From assembly GCA_001662655.1 (NCBI GenBank), contig KV460276.1: a stretch of DNA of 64,000 bases. One strand, given 5' to 3'. Below, one piece after another: positions 11,259-23,003 of the stretch. Numbering within the stretch: the first letter of the stretch is position 1; every line of letters starts with the position of its first letter. This DNA is from Pseudogymnoascus verrucosus (lineage: Eukaryota). The position numbers were made by a program, and so were the translations under genes. The notes beneath the pieces are model-generated. The model was given only the letters and a program-made list of their open reading frames with translations. It did no database searches and was not told the DNA's origin.

Positions 11259-14200
11259 ATGGACGACTCCGTGATGGATGACTACGATGACTACGGCGAT
11301 TCCGATAACTTCTCCCCGGTACCTGTCGTTGTGAGTGCTCTAATTGATGCGCCCATGCCTGTAGTTGGAGTGGTGCGAAATTTGGATGCGACAAGGCTAA
11401 TTAAAACTGTAGAAAGCCAAACCGAAGCCCAAGGCTGCCCCCAAGAAAGCACCTGCAGCCAAAGCCGCCGCAAAGCCAAAGGCTGCCCCCAAAAAACTGT
11501 CTCAAACCACACTAAAGACCAAGTCTGTACCAAGCAAACGCCCCAAACCCGACAGCGACGACGATGAGGATGCACCAGAAGATGGCGAGGCTGCAATTGA
11601 AGATGACACAATGTTGTCAAATACCCCACCAAGCGCCAAGAAGCAGAAGAAGGCCCCGGTCGCGAAGAAGGCGGCGGGAAAACCTCTGGAAACGATCGAG
11701 AACGAAAGTATGAACTTAGACGGCCCTACAGAATCGAAGCCCAAGAGTGGCAACTCGACTGATCGCTATCAAAAACTCAGCCCTGTTCAGCACATCCTCA
11801 CACGTCCCGATACATACATTGGCTCTGTCGAACGAACCGAACAGCAAATGTGGGTCTTCAATTCTCAGACAGAGCAAATGGAGAGTCGGAAGGTTGAGTA
11901 CATTCCTGGGCTATACAAGATATTCGATGAGATTCTTGTAAATGCAGCCGACAACAAGCAAAACGATGCAAACATGAAAGCCCTCAAGGTCACAGTGGAT
12001 CGCGAAAAAGGAGAGATTAGTGTCGAAAACGATGGTCGAGGTATCCCCATCGAGATCCACGAGAAGGAGAAAATTTATATTCCAGAGATGATTTTCGGTC
12101 ATCTTTTGACCTCATCCAATTATGATGACGAGCAATCGAAGACAACCGGAGGCCGCAACGGCTATGGTGCGAAGCTTTGCAATATTTTCAGCACATCGTT
12201 TACACTGGAAACTCAGGACAGCAAGAACGGGAAAAGATATAAGCAGGTTTGGACAGACAATATGTCCAATATGAGCAAAGCCAAAATCACGGCCAATAAG
12301 TCAGCAGACTTCACCAGAGTTACCTTCACTCCGGATTGGAAGAAGTTCCAGATGGATGGCATTGACGATGATTTTGAAGGCTTGGTCAAGCGACGCGTCT
12401 ATGATCTTGCTGGCACAGTGAAAGGTGTATCTGTGTATCTCAATGGCACCAAAATCAAAATCAATTCTTTCAAGAAATACATTGAGATGTATGCCAAGGC
12501 CATCAATGCCCAGCGTGGCGTCCAAGATGCCGAAGTCAAAACAACCGTCATTGTCGACGACGACGACTCACATAAGCGATGGGAGATTGGATTTGCTGTT
12601 TCAGATGGCTCGTTCCAACAAGTTTCCTTCGTGAACTCTATCGCCACCACCACTGGAGGTACACACGTCAGCTATATTGCTGATCAGATTTGCCAAAGGC
12701 TCCTTGATCACGTCAAGAAGATCAACAAACAAGGAACAGCATTGAAAACCAACCAAATCCGAAACCATATTTTCCTCTTCGTCAATTGCCTGATTGTCAA
12801 TCCTGCCTTCACTTCTCAGACCAAGGAGCAGCTGACAACCAAAGTAAGCCAATTCGGCAGCAAGTGCCAGGTCACGGAAGAGTTTCTGAAGAAGATCGTC
12901 AAGACCGATGCAGTTGCCAACATCATGCATTTTGCTCAGCAAAAAGCCGACCAGGTGTTGTCGAAGAGTGATGGCAACAGGCGTTCGCGTATGACCAACC
13001 CCAAACTTGTGGACGCCAACTTGGCAGGAACGAGACGTGGGCACGAGTGTACGTTGATCCTCACTGAAGGTGACTCTGCTAAGGCTCTCGCCGTTGCTGG
13101 CAGAGCCATCCTGGACCCTGACAGGATTGGGGTGTTCCCGCTTCGAGGAAAGATGCTCAATGTTCGAGATGCTTCTATTGATCAAATTTCGAAGAATGCT
13201 GAGATCCAGAATATCAAGCAGTTTCTTGGTCTCAAGCACAAGCAGGTCTACACCGATCCACAGTCGCAAGGCCTTCGGTATGGACATCTGATGATTATGG
13301 CCGATCAAGATCACGATGGTAGCCATATCAAGGGGTTATTGATCAACTTCCTACACGTGGCCTTTCCTAGCTTGTTGAAGCTGCCTAATTTCTTCCAAGA
13401 ATTTATTACGCCTATCGTTAAAGTGTGGAAGGGACCCAACCCGAAAACCGCGATTTCCCGGACATTCTTCACCATGCCTCAATATGACGAATGGAGAGAG
13501 AGGCATAAGCACGAACGCAGTTGGAAGCACAAGTACTACAAGGGTCTGGGAACTAGTACCACTCAAGACGCCCAAGTTTACTTCACGAAACTCGACGAGC
13601 ATCTGAAAGAGTTTGAGCCCATCAAGAGAGAAGAAGAGGATCTGTTTGATCTTGCATTCTCGAAGAAGCGGGCTGATCACCGAAAGCAGTGGTTAGGCAA
13701 CTTCGTCCCTGGCACTTTCCTAGACCACTCGTCCAGCAAAATCTCATACGATGATTTCGTTAATCGCGAACTTATCCTTTTCAGTATGGCTGACAACATG
13801 CGATCTATTCCTTCGGTTATTGATGGTCTTAAGCCGGGTCAGCGAAAGGTCATCTATTCTGCATTCACTCGCAACATCACTTCGGATATGAAGGTTGTGG
13901 AGCTTGCTGGTTACTGTTCTGGACTGACGGCATACCAACACGGAGAACAGTCGCTTCAGGGTACTATCATTGGTCTCGCCCAAGACTTTGTGGGATCCAA
14001 CAATGTCAACTGCCTAGAGCCCAGTGGAAATTTCGGTTCTCGATTGGCTGGTGGAAGTGATGCTGCGAGCCCACGTTATATCTATACTCGATTGTCGCCG
14101 TTCGCGAGGCGCGTCTTCTCCCCCCTTGATGAGGCAAATCTCGAATACAATACGGATGATGATCGCCGTATTGAGCCAAAGGTGTACTGCCCCATTGTAC

Positions 14201-16338
14201 CCATGGTTCTTATCAACGGTGCGGAGGGTATTGGTACCGGTTGGAGTACGTCTATTCCCAACTATCACCCAGAAGACATTGTCACGAACTTGAAACGTCG
14301 CATGGGACGCCTCGATAGCTCTGAGGAACAGCCGTTTGAGCCAATGATGCCGTGGTTCCGTGGCTGGAAAGGTGTCGTGGAAGAGGCAGGCCCAGACCGT
14401 TTCCGGGCCGATGGAAGAATCAGCGAAGGCCCCGGAGACAACGAAGTTGAGATTACTGAGCTGCCTATTCGTGTCTGGACCGACGATTTCAAAGGCAAGC
14501 TTGAGGAAGTCATCAAGGGCGAAAAGGTCACGTCATTCATCAAGGATTACAAAGAATTCAACGACCATGACAATGTCCACTTCGTTGTTCAAATGGAAGC
14601 TTCTCAGATGAAGGCCGCTCTTACTGAAGGCTTAGAAGAGAAATTCAAGCTGCAGAAGACAATTGCGACGTCCAACTTAGTTGCTTTCGATCTTGAGGGC
14701 CGCATCCGCAAATACACCAAGGTTGAGGAGATTCTTGAAGAGTTTTACGTCCACCGACTTGCAATGTACACAAAGAGAAAGCAGCATTGGCTAGATGTCT
14801 TTGGAAAGGAGTATCGTAAGCTGAGCAACCAAGCTAGGTTTGTTCTGGATATAATCGACAACAAGCTTGTTGTTTCCAAGAAAACCAAGCCAAAGCTTGT
14901 CGCTGAGCTCCGTGCCAAGAAATACGAGCCATTTCCGAAAGTCAAAGACGCCAAAAAAGCAGGCGAGGCGGATGATGTTGTGGAGAACGACGAAGAAGTT
15001 CCAGATGACGAAGAGGGGGGTGCAAGAGACTACGACTATCTTCTTGGGCTTCCTATTTGGTCGCTTACGCAAGAGCGTGTTGATAAACTCAATCGACAGA
15101 TGGTAGACAAGAAGGCAGAGCTCGATGATCTTGAAGCGTTGAGCGAAAAGGACCTTTGGTGCCGTGATCTTGATGCCTTCCTTGAGGTTTGGCATGCGGC
15201 CCTTGAGGAAGATACCCAGGTTAAGAAGAGCATTCGATCACTTGGCCGCCGAGCGTCAAAGAAGCTTGGTGTTGGCAAAGGTGGCAAGTTGTCGACCAAG
15301 ATCAAGAAGGACGAGGAATATATGCCAACGAAAAAGGCTGCCAAACCAGCCAAGGCCAACCCTACCAAGGGAGTGGTCCAAGTTAAACCAACTGAGACAG
15401 CGAAGAAGCGTTTCGAAGACATGTTCTCTGCGAAACCAAAGAAACCGAAGACTCAAACCCTTGGATCAGATGGCGCCGAAGAGATGTCGGGCCTTTCAGA
15501 CGACGATTTTGCCGCTGTTTCGGCTGCACCTGCGCCCGCTGCGTCCAGGAGCAAGAGGGCGGCTGCCGCGAAGCCAAAGAATTGGCTCGTAGAAGACGAC
15601 GACGAGTCTGAAAGCGACGACGACAAGATGCTCGGGGATGTTGGAGCGATGGTCAAGGGTATTGGTGCTGAATCCGACACCGCAGCGAACAATGGCCGCC
15701 TGTCTCTCTTCGCAATGTCAAGGCCAGGCAGCAGTTCTGGCAAAGCTCCCTCAGCATCTTCCAAGTCCAAGCCAGCTGCTAAAAGCAAGGTTATTGACTT
15801 GTCTGATGACGATGAGACTAACTATGAGATGTTGGCCAAACCTTCACCGCAGAAAGCTCAGGCACCCCAGCCACTGGATCGAGACCTGGATAGCTTCCTG
15901 AGTAATGACGACAGTTTGCCTGTTTTAGTGAAAGCAGCAGCAACCAAGCCAGCCCCAAAAGCAAAAGCCGTCCCAGCGCCAAAGCCTAAAAAGGCTCCGG
16001 TCGTGAAGAAGGCACCTGTGAAGGCTGCGGAACCAGCGCCAAAGCCACCCGGATTGTCTCCGGCTGCCAAGGCTTATGCTGCCAAGCAAGCCAAAGTAAA
16101 GGTCACCTCCAAGGCTGCTGCCAAAGACGATTCGGAAGATGATTTGGCAATGAGCGATGCGGAGGATGTCGATGAAGATGTCACGGAAAGCCCTGTCAGA
16201 CCTGCCGCAAGGGGTCGCCCTGCTCGTGCCGCGGTAGTGAAGGCAAAGTCTAAGAAGCCCGTATATGCGGACAGTGACGAAGAGGAAGAGGAGAGTGTAG
16301 TGGAAGAGGACAGTTATGATTTTGATGAGAGTGACTAA
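11259..16338 (+). CDS. TOP2: DNA topoisomerase II (exon 1 11259-11330, intron 11331-11412, exon 2 11413-16338)
   Basis: GHKL motifs DEILVNAADN and GGRNGYGAKL, TOPRIM LTEGDSA / PLRGK / DQDHDGSHIKG, active-site ASPRYI and a K/A/D-rich C-terminal tail. The GTGAGT...TAG intron keeps frame with the 1575-aa ORF. Confidence 0.98.
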
Positions 16339-16991
16339 GTACTGTTCAATGTCTCGGCCTGCAATTCAATGAATGGCAGCGGTGTGGCGTGTGGAGTTTT
16401 GTTTGGGAAGGGGGGATACGGGCGGCTGGTGGATGGGATGGGATGCAATCGGATGACATTATCTTCAACTGGTTCACTTTGCTTTGGGAAGGTACTTATG
16501 GGAGGGATATTGCCTATGGTTATTGCTATTTGCTCATCGCCGTTGTATGGATCGGGATGCGCATGTTATGATTAGTTTTCGTTATTCGTGGCACCATGCT
16601 TCCTTACTTGGGATAATTATAAATATGACGCACATACACATCAATGTTTTGAAGTTTTATTATGAGCGTGCCATTTGGGAAGAAGTAATGTATGCCAATC
16701 AACCATATTCCTACCAACGAAAGCCCATGCAAAAACAGTTGCAACAATAAAGCGAAGTCGACCAGTTCCAAATCTCCTAGCTAGCTATACGCCGAATCTA
16801 ACACATTATAGTGGTTTATTCATCCGTTTTGCCAACGCCTAGTAATGTCATTATCCCATCTACATCCCACCTTCCCATTTCCAAGCACCCATAAACTCCA
16901 AAATACAATAGACTCATCGATCGTAGAGGGTATCCGCAAAAAAAGTAAGCACACAACTAGCCGCCCAGAAGGAAATTATAGTCCCATTCCA

Positions 16992-19900
16992 TCATTGCGC
17001 CTCACGAGGTATGAGGAGATCCACGTTCTCACGGTCAGAGAATCCATCGTCAAGCGCAGTTAGAGGGGAGGAGGTGTGTGAATGTGAATTAGAGTGCTCT
17101 GATGACGACTCGGTGGTGGTAGATCCGTTTGTGACGGGCAGGTCAGCGACTGCCTCGGGTCCGGTGTTGAGGTTGAGTGAATTGGAGAAGGCCGCATCGT
17201 CTTGGGCGAAGGCGGGGAATGTTTGGGGTTTAGGTTTCGAGATCATGAAGCCATTAGCCTTCGGTTTGTGCTCTACTGAAGGTTCTGGTGTCGCCTCGTG
17301 TGATTTATAGCTTTGGAGATCAACAAGGACCTGTGGATCGGCATATTGTAAGGGATAGGCGGCGGCCGGCTCGTGCTGTGCCAACTGTTGCTGTTTGCTG
17401 ATGACTGGTAGCTCCACAGTTATCGATAGATAGGTATTGTGGGCATGTATGATGGTGTTCTCTTGAGGGAGGCCAGGCGGGGCGTCAAACAAAGGTGGTA
17501 GAATGCCTCTTTGAAACTGGACCGGTGGATCTTGTTGAGACGCGCCTGTGTCCATCTTATCTGCATTATGTTCTTTGGCAGCAGAGTAAGCAGAGGGTGA
17601 AAAGCGAAGTTTGATGTTTGTGCGGTTACTTGCTTCATTTTCCTTTGCAGGTGATGGCGATGCGGTTTCGTTGGCAGCAAGGCTTGCCCTCCTTTCTTTT
17701 TGGGACCTATGATACTCATTGCTATAGCATCTCCCGCACTTTTTCCCCTTGGTTCCATTGGCCTCGGTGTTGTACCATCTAGATGACACGACGTTCTCTT
17801 CGCACGATTGGCAGTAGTCTTCTCTCGGGGTATAGGATCGCATCCTCGGCGCCTCGGGTGTTTTACTCTTGCTAGAGTTGAGCAAAGTATCCCGGTTAGC
17901 GCTCAGAGTATCGTCGTGGGTGGCTTTAGTTTGGTCGAAAGTATCAACCACGGCTTGGGAACGATCTTTCTTATTAGCTCCCTTTTTGGGATTTTCTTTC
18001 GAATACTTTTTCCCGCAACCTGTGCACAAGGTGCCCGGACCATTCGGCCCCCTCCTGTCCACAAGAATGTCATCCCTGTTGCAAATGTCACATCTCTTTT
18101 TATGTAATTCTCCTTTCTCGATGCTAGGCAATAATGTGGCCGATGTTACAGCTTCCGTATTAGCTTCTTTTTCACGATTTGCTTTGGTCAATTTCTTCTG
18201 ACAACTTGCGCACAAGGTATTCGGACCATCGGGTCCCCTTCTATCCACGGTGATGGTAGACCTCAGGCACTCGTGACATTTCCTTTTCTGTGACACTGCT
18301 TCCTCAGTGCCAGGGGACCTCGTGGAGTCGATTTCATTGCCCACATCAGCTTTCGTATGAGCCCTTGGACGCGTATGTCGGATAGCCTCGCCACCTAGTT
18401 CTACGATGGTGGTACAATGCTTGCAGACTAAGCAGTTGCTACGAACCTGATCATCATATTCACAGATGCCACCAGTAGACGACCCAACGCAGATCTCGGG
18501 ACGCTTCGCCTCAACCGAGTCTGTTACTCCTGGAGAGTTATTCGCAGTCGCATCCGGTAGTAGCGCTGTACCCTCGAGTGATTTCGCTTTTGATGCTTTC
18601 GATTTTGGTGCTTTAACTGTAGGCTTTCTTTTGGGTTTTCCAGATGGGGTGCCATTTGGCGTGTAATCCGAACCTGCTACCATTGGAGAGTTATTCAACT
18701 GCTCGTGCGGCAGCAATGTTATCGCATCTAGCGTAGCACTCGGTGCATTCGCTTGGAGTGCCTCAATTTCTCTCTTCTTTCTTTTGGTTTTTGAAACCGG
18801 AGTGCCATTTGACGTATAATCCGAGTCTTCATCGTCTTTTAAACGGGTTCTCTTTGTATATTTCCTCCCTCCCGACAATGACGCAGGTGATAACATATTC
18901 ACCGTGGTACAAGTTGTATGATGAAGGGTGCTGCCTTTGTGGCAGCGGATGCCGCACTTGAGCCCTTGCATGAGGCACGAGCATTTGGTGCTCAGCGAAC
19001 ATGCTTTCGAGCAGCCACATCGTGAAACCATGCCGGAAATCTCGTCGCATATCTTATCGAATTCGCCCAGTTGATTTTGTCGATAGCCGTGCTCTTCGGG
19101 CGCATCATGGACGGCTACCTTGATGAAGTCCAGAATAGCTTGGCTTTGTCTGGGGAGCGGCTCGTTTGTGCATATCTCATTCTTCATGAGATAATGCCAA
19201 ACATTTAGTGTTTGTGGCAAGGTATTCTTGCGCCATGCCATGCCGCCAAGAAAGAAGCAGTTTGTCAATGTGATCGGTGCATGTATCGTCCCGGGAGGCT
19301 GTATCAACATGTCGCCTCGGGTAAGAGCAATAACAGGAATCTTGCCATCAGGTTTGGGCCTCCAGTTAATTCCTTCCTTTGAAAATGCCACTCGAGCTGC
19401 GTCCTCATCTTGAGCGTTCATGTGGTGCGTCGGGTAGACTGGCCAGTACTTGACAACATCTTCAGGTTCCTCGTCCGGGCTGTCAATGTTGCTTTCGAGA
19501 ACGATGAAGGTATAGACTCCAGCATTATCGATATGCCAGGAAGAGCAAGCTCCCCTGTGTGCGAGGATTCGGAACTGAGTGCACTTTTGGATGTCACTGT
19601 GCGAAAACAACATCAGTGTGGTCTTCCCTACTCCACGGTCCTGTTCAGAAAGCGGAACTAAACGCTCATCCAGTGACCTGTATATCATGCTCTCGCACTC
19701 ATCTATGGCTTCGAAGAGTAGCTGGTAATCTTTGGCAAGCCCTTCAGGCCAATGCCCCACGGTTTTGTCCGAAATATTCAAGAGGTTCATCGGCGGCGTT
19801 TCGAGGGATATAACATCACTGGTCTGTGAAGTGCGCCATTGTTGGATGGCATCTTGCAGAGGTATGTTTTCAGCGGCGCCATCATTACACTGCCGATTCA

Positions 19901-20786
19901 AGCGCTGAACATCAACCCATTTTTTGTTTGTCCGCTTTTCTTGCTCTCTCAGCCATGATTCCGTAGATTTCGCAGGCCGACGTCGGGAAAATTCCGGATC
20001 CCGAATTACCACGAGCTTGGGTGGGTTATTAGCCCGTGACCATGCTGCGTGCTCTGACTCCGTGAGCAGAAGGATGTCCGCCTCGTCATACGTGCAGCTG
20101 CATCTCCCGTGTATTGAAGTCTTGGAAGGATCCAGGCCGACTTGTGCTGATCCCACTCCACCAGCAGTCCATACACGAGCAGGCCTGCCATTATCAAACA
20201 CATAGTGTGCCAGTTCCCCCAGCCGCGCGAGGTGTGAATCCGGATTCTGACGTATAACTTCATTGTACTCTCCAAACAATTTGTGTCGTCTTGGGTCGTT
20301 GAACAGCCGCGCCTGTTGTGTTTGGGCAGGGAACTCGCCGTTCAGAAATGACTGTTGTTGACGGCGTGGGGGGCTCGCTGCATCCTGAGGTGACTCCATT
20401 TTTATGTCAGGAAACTCTGTAGGTGCTTCATGTGCTCCCTTGGTTTGAAGGTAACCCATATATTCTTCCGGTTCTGCTTGGTTTTGCACAGGCGCGCATT
20501 CGGGTAGTTGAGAGGCGTCGAGTAGCTCCGTAGGTGTTTTATGGACTCCCTCGGTCTGAAGGCAACCCATATATTCTTCCGCTTCTGGTTGGTTTCTCGC
20601 ATGAGTGAGGGGTTCCGTAGGTGTTTTATGTACTCCCTCACTCTGACGGAAACCCAGATGTTCTTCCATTTCTGCTTGGCTTCTTGCAGGAGCGCATTCG
20701 GGAAGTTGAGAGGAGTCGAGAGCTTGTGGTCTATCGGCTGAGGACATTTCCGCGGGTTTAGGAGTTTCTGCAAACATTTGCTCCAT
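16992..20786 (-). CDS. JmjC-domain protein with N-terminal tandem repeats, a CXC-like Cys cluster and three GATA-like zinc fingers (1264 aa, single ORF)
   Basis: JmjC: GACSSWHID...VKYW...LTRGDMLIQPPGTIHAPIT (HxD...H plus K). Cys cluster: CGCSKACSLSTKCSCLMQGLKCGIRCH. Fingers: CHEC-x18(RRGPDGPNTL)-CASC, CDIC-x18(RRGPNGPGTL)-CTGC and CQSC-x21-CGRC. Confidence 0.85.
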   Translation of the reverse strand: MEQMFAETPKPAEMSSADRPQALDSSQLPECAPARSQAEMEEHLGFRQSEGVHKTPTEPLTHARNQPEAEEYMGCLQTEGVHKTPTELLDASQLPECAPVQNQAEPEEYMGYLQTKGAHEAPTEFPDIKMESPQDAASPPRRQQQSFLNGEFPAQTQQARLFNDPRRHKLFGEYNEVIRQNPDSHLARLGELAHYVFDNGRPARVWTAGGVGSAQVGLDPSKTSIHGRCSCTYDEADILLLTESEHAAWSRANNPPKLVVIRDPEFSRRRPAKSTESWLREQEKRTNKKWVDVQRLNRQCNDGAAENIPLQDAIQQWRTSQTSDVISLETPPMNLLNISDKTVGHWPEGLAKDYQLLFEAIDECESMIYRSLDERLVPLSEQDRGVGKTTLMLFSHSDIQKCTQFRILAHRGACSSWHIDNAGVYTFIVLESNIDSPDEEPEDVVKYWPVYPTHHMNAQDEDAARVAFSKEGINWRPKPDGKIPVIALTRGDMLIQPPGTIHAPITLTNCFFLGGMAWRKNTLPQTLNVWHYLMKNEICTNEPLPRQSQAILDFIKVAVHDAPEEHGYRQNQLGEFDKICDEISGMVSRCGCSKACSLSTKCSCLMQGLKCGIRCHKGSTLHHTTCTTVNMLSPASLSGGRKYTKRTRLKDDEDSDYTSNGTPVSKTKRKKREIEALQANAPSATLDAITLLPHEQLNNSPMVAGSDYTPNGTPSGKPKRKPTVKAPKSKASKAKSLEGTALLPDATANNSPGVTDSVEAKRPEICVGSSTGGICEYDDQVRSNCLVCKHCTTIVELGGEAIRHTRPRAHTKADVGNEIDSTRSPGTEEAVSQKRKCHECLRSTITVDRRGPDGPNTLCASCQKKLTKANREKEANTEAVTSATLLPSIEKGELHKKRCDICNRDDILVDRRGPNGPGTLCTGCGKKYSKENPKKGANKKDRSQAVVDTFDQTKATHDDTLSANRDTLLNSSKSKTPEAPRMRSYTPREDYCQSCEENVVSSRWYNTEANGTKGKKCGRCYSNEYHRSQKERRASLAANETASPSPAKENEASNRTNIKLRFSPSAYSAAKEHNADKMDTGASQQDPPVQFQRGILPPLFDAPPGLPQENTIIHAHNTYLSITVELPVISKQQQLAQHEPAAAYPLQYADPQVLVDLQSYKSHEATPEPSVEHKPKANGFMISKPKPQTFPAFAQDDAAFSNSLNLNTGPEAVADLPVTNGSTTTESSSEHSNSHSHTSSPLTALDDGFSDRENVDLLIPREAQ
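20415..20720 (-). repeat. Three coding tandem repeats (periods 87 and 111 nt) at the N-terminus of the JmjC protein
   Basis: Units of the form (D.SQLPECAP)..Q.E.EE.(L/M)G..Q..G.H..PTE. The DNA anchor (T/C)TC(C/T)GTAGGTG recurs at 20415, 20526 and 20613. Confidence 0.9.
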
Positions 20787-21526
20787 GGCGGATATACATC
20801 AGTCGGTATATCATCGAGGTGGACGATCAGACTCTCAAGGCGTTGATTTGAATGTGAATGTCGAGGTGAATCGTAGACCTCGGATGCTGCGAGGCTGTGA
20901 AGTTGACAGCTACTCGTCCTTTGGCAAATTTGATTATAGGTACATGGAATGATCGTATTATACAGACAACATATGTGTAGATTCGTGCTTCTGGCACCGC
21001 TTTGTAGGTGAGATAATATACTCGCTGTTGGTGTTCTTTCGAGGTTTCGATCTCGCGAGGCTACCAGATCCCACCAGACTTATCGCGGAATAACACTAAT
21101 ATCCGGTCCGCTCCACACTTGTGCTTAGCGTCAACGTCATGTTTATTTAGCTCCACTCGCTGAAGACATCCCTTTCTTCAGCAAATCTGTCACAAATACT
21201 CGAATCCGAGAATTGATATTGCGATTGAGGCTGATAAAATCGGCATTTCAACTAATATATATGAATTTCAGCGCTATGTAGACTCACATATTTCTTGTCT
21301 GGGTTCATGACAAGAGCGAGCCAGTGGCCTTAACTCAGATGTAGCTACCAAATACGTGGTTTCATAGCTTGACAGCCTAGCCTCTCCTTTCATCCATCCC
21401 CAGTCAAGATGCAAAGGTCCCCCGCTGAAGATCACGCCCATAAAATGTCAAAACGCCTTCCTATGACTCAGGCTGCTAAGCACGCCACAACACAAACACC
21501 AGACACCCTGCTGTCCCAATACAAGC

Positions 21527-22479
21527 TCACTTCTTCAGTGCTGCAAACCGCGCCGCCAGTTCATCGATATCGGGAATGGTACCGCCCACGGGCCCTTTGC
21601 TCTTTAGGTCAGGCTTCTTCGTCACGTTTGCATCCGCCATCTTCTTTGTCGGCTTCAGGTCGAGGGTGCCTTTGACTCGCGGGTGTAGGTTGTCCGTGCT
21701 TGGGCTAGGTGGGTTAACCCTTAATGGGCTGCTTGGTCCGAAATCTCTCGGCGGGGTGGCCTTTGTCAACTCGTCCCTCTCTTCCTCCACCCTGCTGCGT
21801 GCCGGTATTGGTTCCTCCAGGGCTTTCTCTGCTTGGCCGCCACTCGAGGGGTCCTGGTCCTCATCACTGGCGTACTTTGGGGGGGTTCCAGGCTCCGCTT
21901 TCGGCCAGTCGACGCCATACGTGCTTGCTATTTCTTCCAGGTATCCGTTAACAAGAGCCTCAGATGGTGGCTCTATCCTCAGCTTCTTGACAACCTTCTC
22001 GGCCACCTTGTTGTCCGTGTTCTCCGCCGCGTCCAACGCAAACTCCTTCCCATATTTGTCTGCCAGTAGAGCCCGGACCACGTGTATCTCCTTGATGTCT
22101 ATCTTCGGAGCTGCATACATGATGCTCTTGACTGCTTCTTCCAAGCCAGCGTCGCAAGTGGAGCTTTCCATCATCCCGACACGGGCAAGCAGTAGCTCGC
22201 AGTATAGTTCGAGTATCTCGTAGAGTTCGCAAGTGATGTCGGACCGAATGATGCCTTCGACGCGGATACGTGCGCTTTCGATTTTGCCGGCTTCTAATAA
22301 TTGGGCCATGGAGCGTCGTGATTGTTTGGATACCGCTTCATCCTTTTGTTGGGCCATGCGAAGGCGCGCAATGGACAACTTCAGCTGCACCTTCAGCTTC
22401 GACTGTTCAGACGTCAGCATCGCACATCAGATCAAAAAAGTCGGGGATAGCAAACCATATAGGAATTAGTGGGAGCCAT
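21527..22479 (-). CDS. IST1: IST1, ESCRT-III-associated regulator of Vps4 (exon 1 22479-22456, intron 22455-22403)
   Basis: MAPTNSYM|SKLKVQLKLSIARLRMAQQK...ARIRVEGIIRSD...ELLELYCELL-like segment. The C-terminal MIM-like DELAARFAALKK is present. Confidence 0.93.
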
Positions 22480-23003
22480 ATCGAATAAAGTGTCGTTGCG
22501 CTATTCAGGAACAGTTGTCGCACAGAAATGAAGTGGTTGGATTCGCGGAAGCCTAGATTGTCGTCGTCACAGGTGGTGGGGTAACTTCGATAAGAGCGTA
22601 ACGCGGGGCGAGGCGCGGTTCGCCGCTAAAATGCTGCAAGGGCGTTTTGTAAAGCAAGGGCCGCCGAGGCTAATTGAGTAACCAAACACCCATGTTATGA
22701 CGACGCCGAGCAATTGTTTGAATTTTATTGTCCCAGACGTAGAACGAAATATTCGTCGATCGATGGCGCATTGACGCGCTGCAGTTGGAATGCCTGTTGC
22801 GACAGCTCAGTTCAACAGTGACCCAGCGACCCAGTACGGACGATGGCCACCACCCGGCTCGAGAACTCAACAACTCCTCCAGCTCTAGATACAGAGGGGA
22901 CATTGAGCCTATCCGGTTTTGCAGCAAGAATATTCTCCATACGTTGAAACAGACACAACAAGATCTTTGAGCTACCTGCGTCCCGTGGCGCAAAGTGTTC
23001 AGG

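Noticed and set aside
11747..16070. Many antisense or alternate-frame ORFs inside TOP2 (likewise inside NMA111, the septin, MFS and HET genes)
   Set aside because: They are shadow ORFs expected from codon bias in long GC-rich coding regions.
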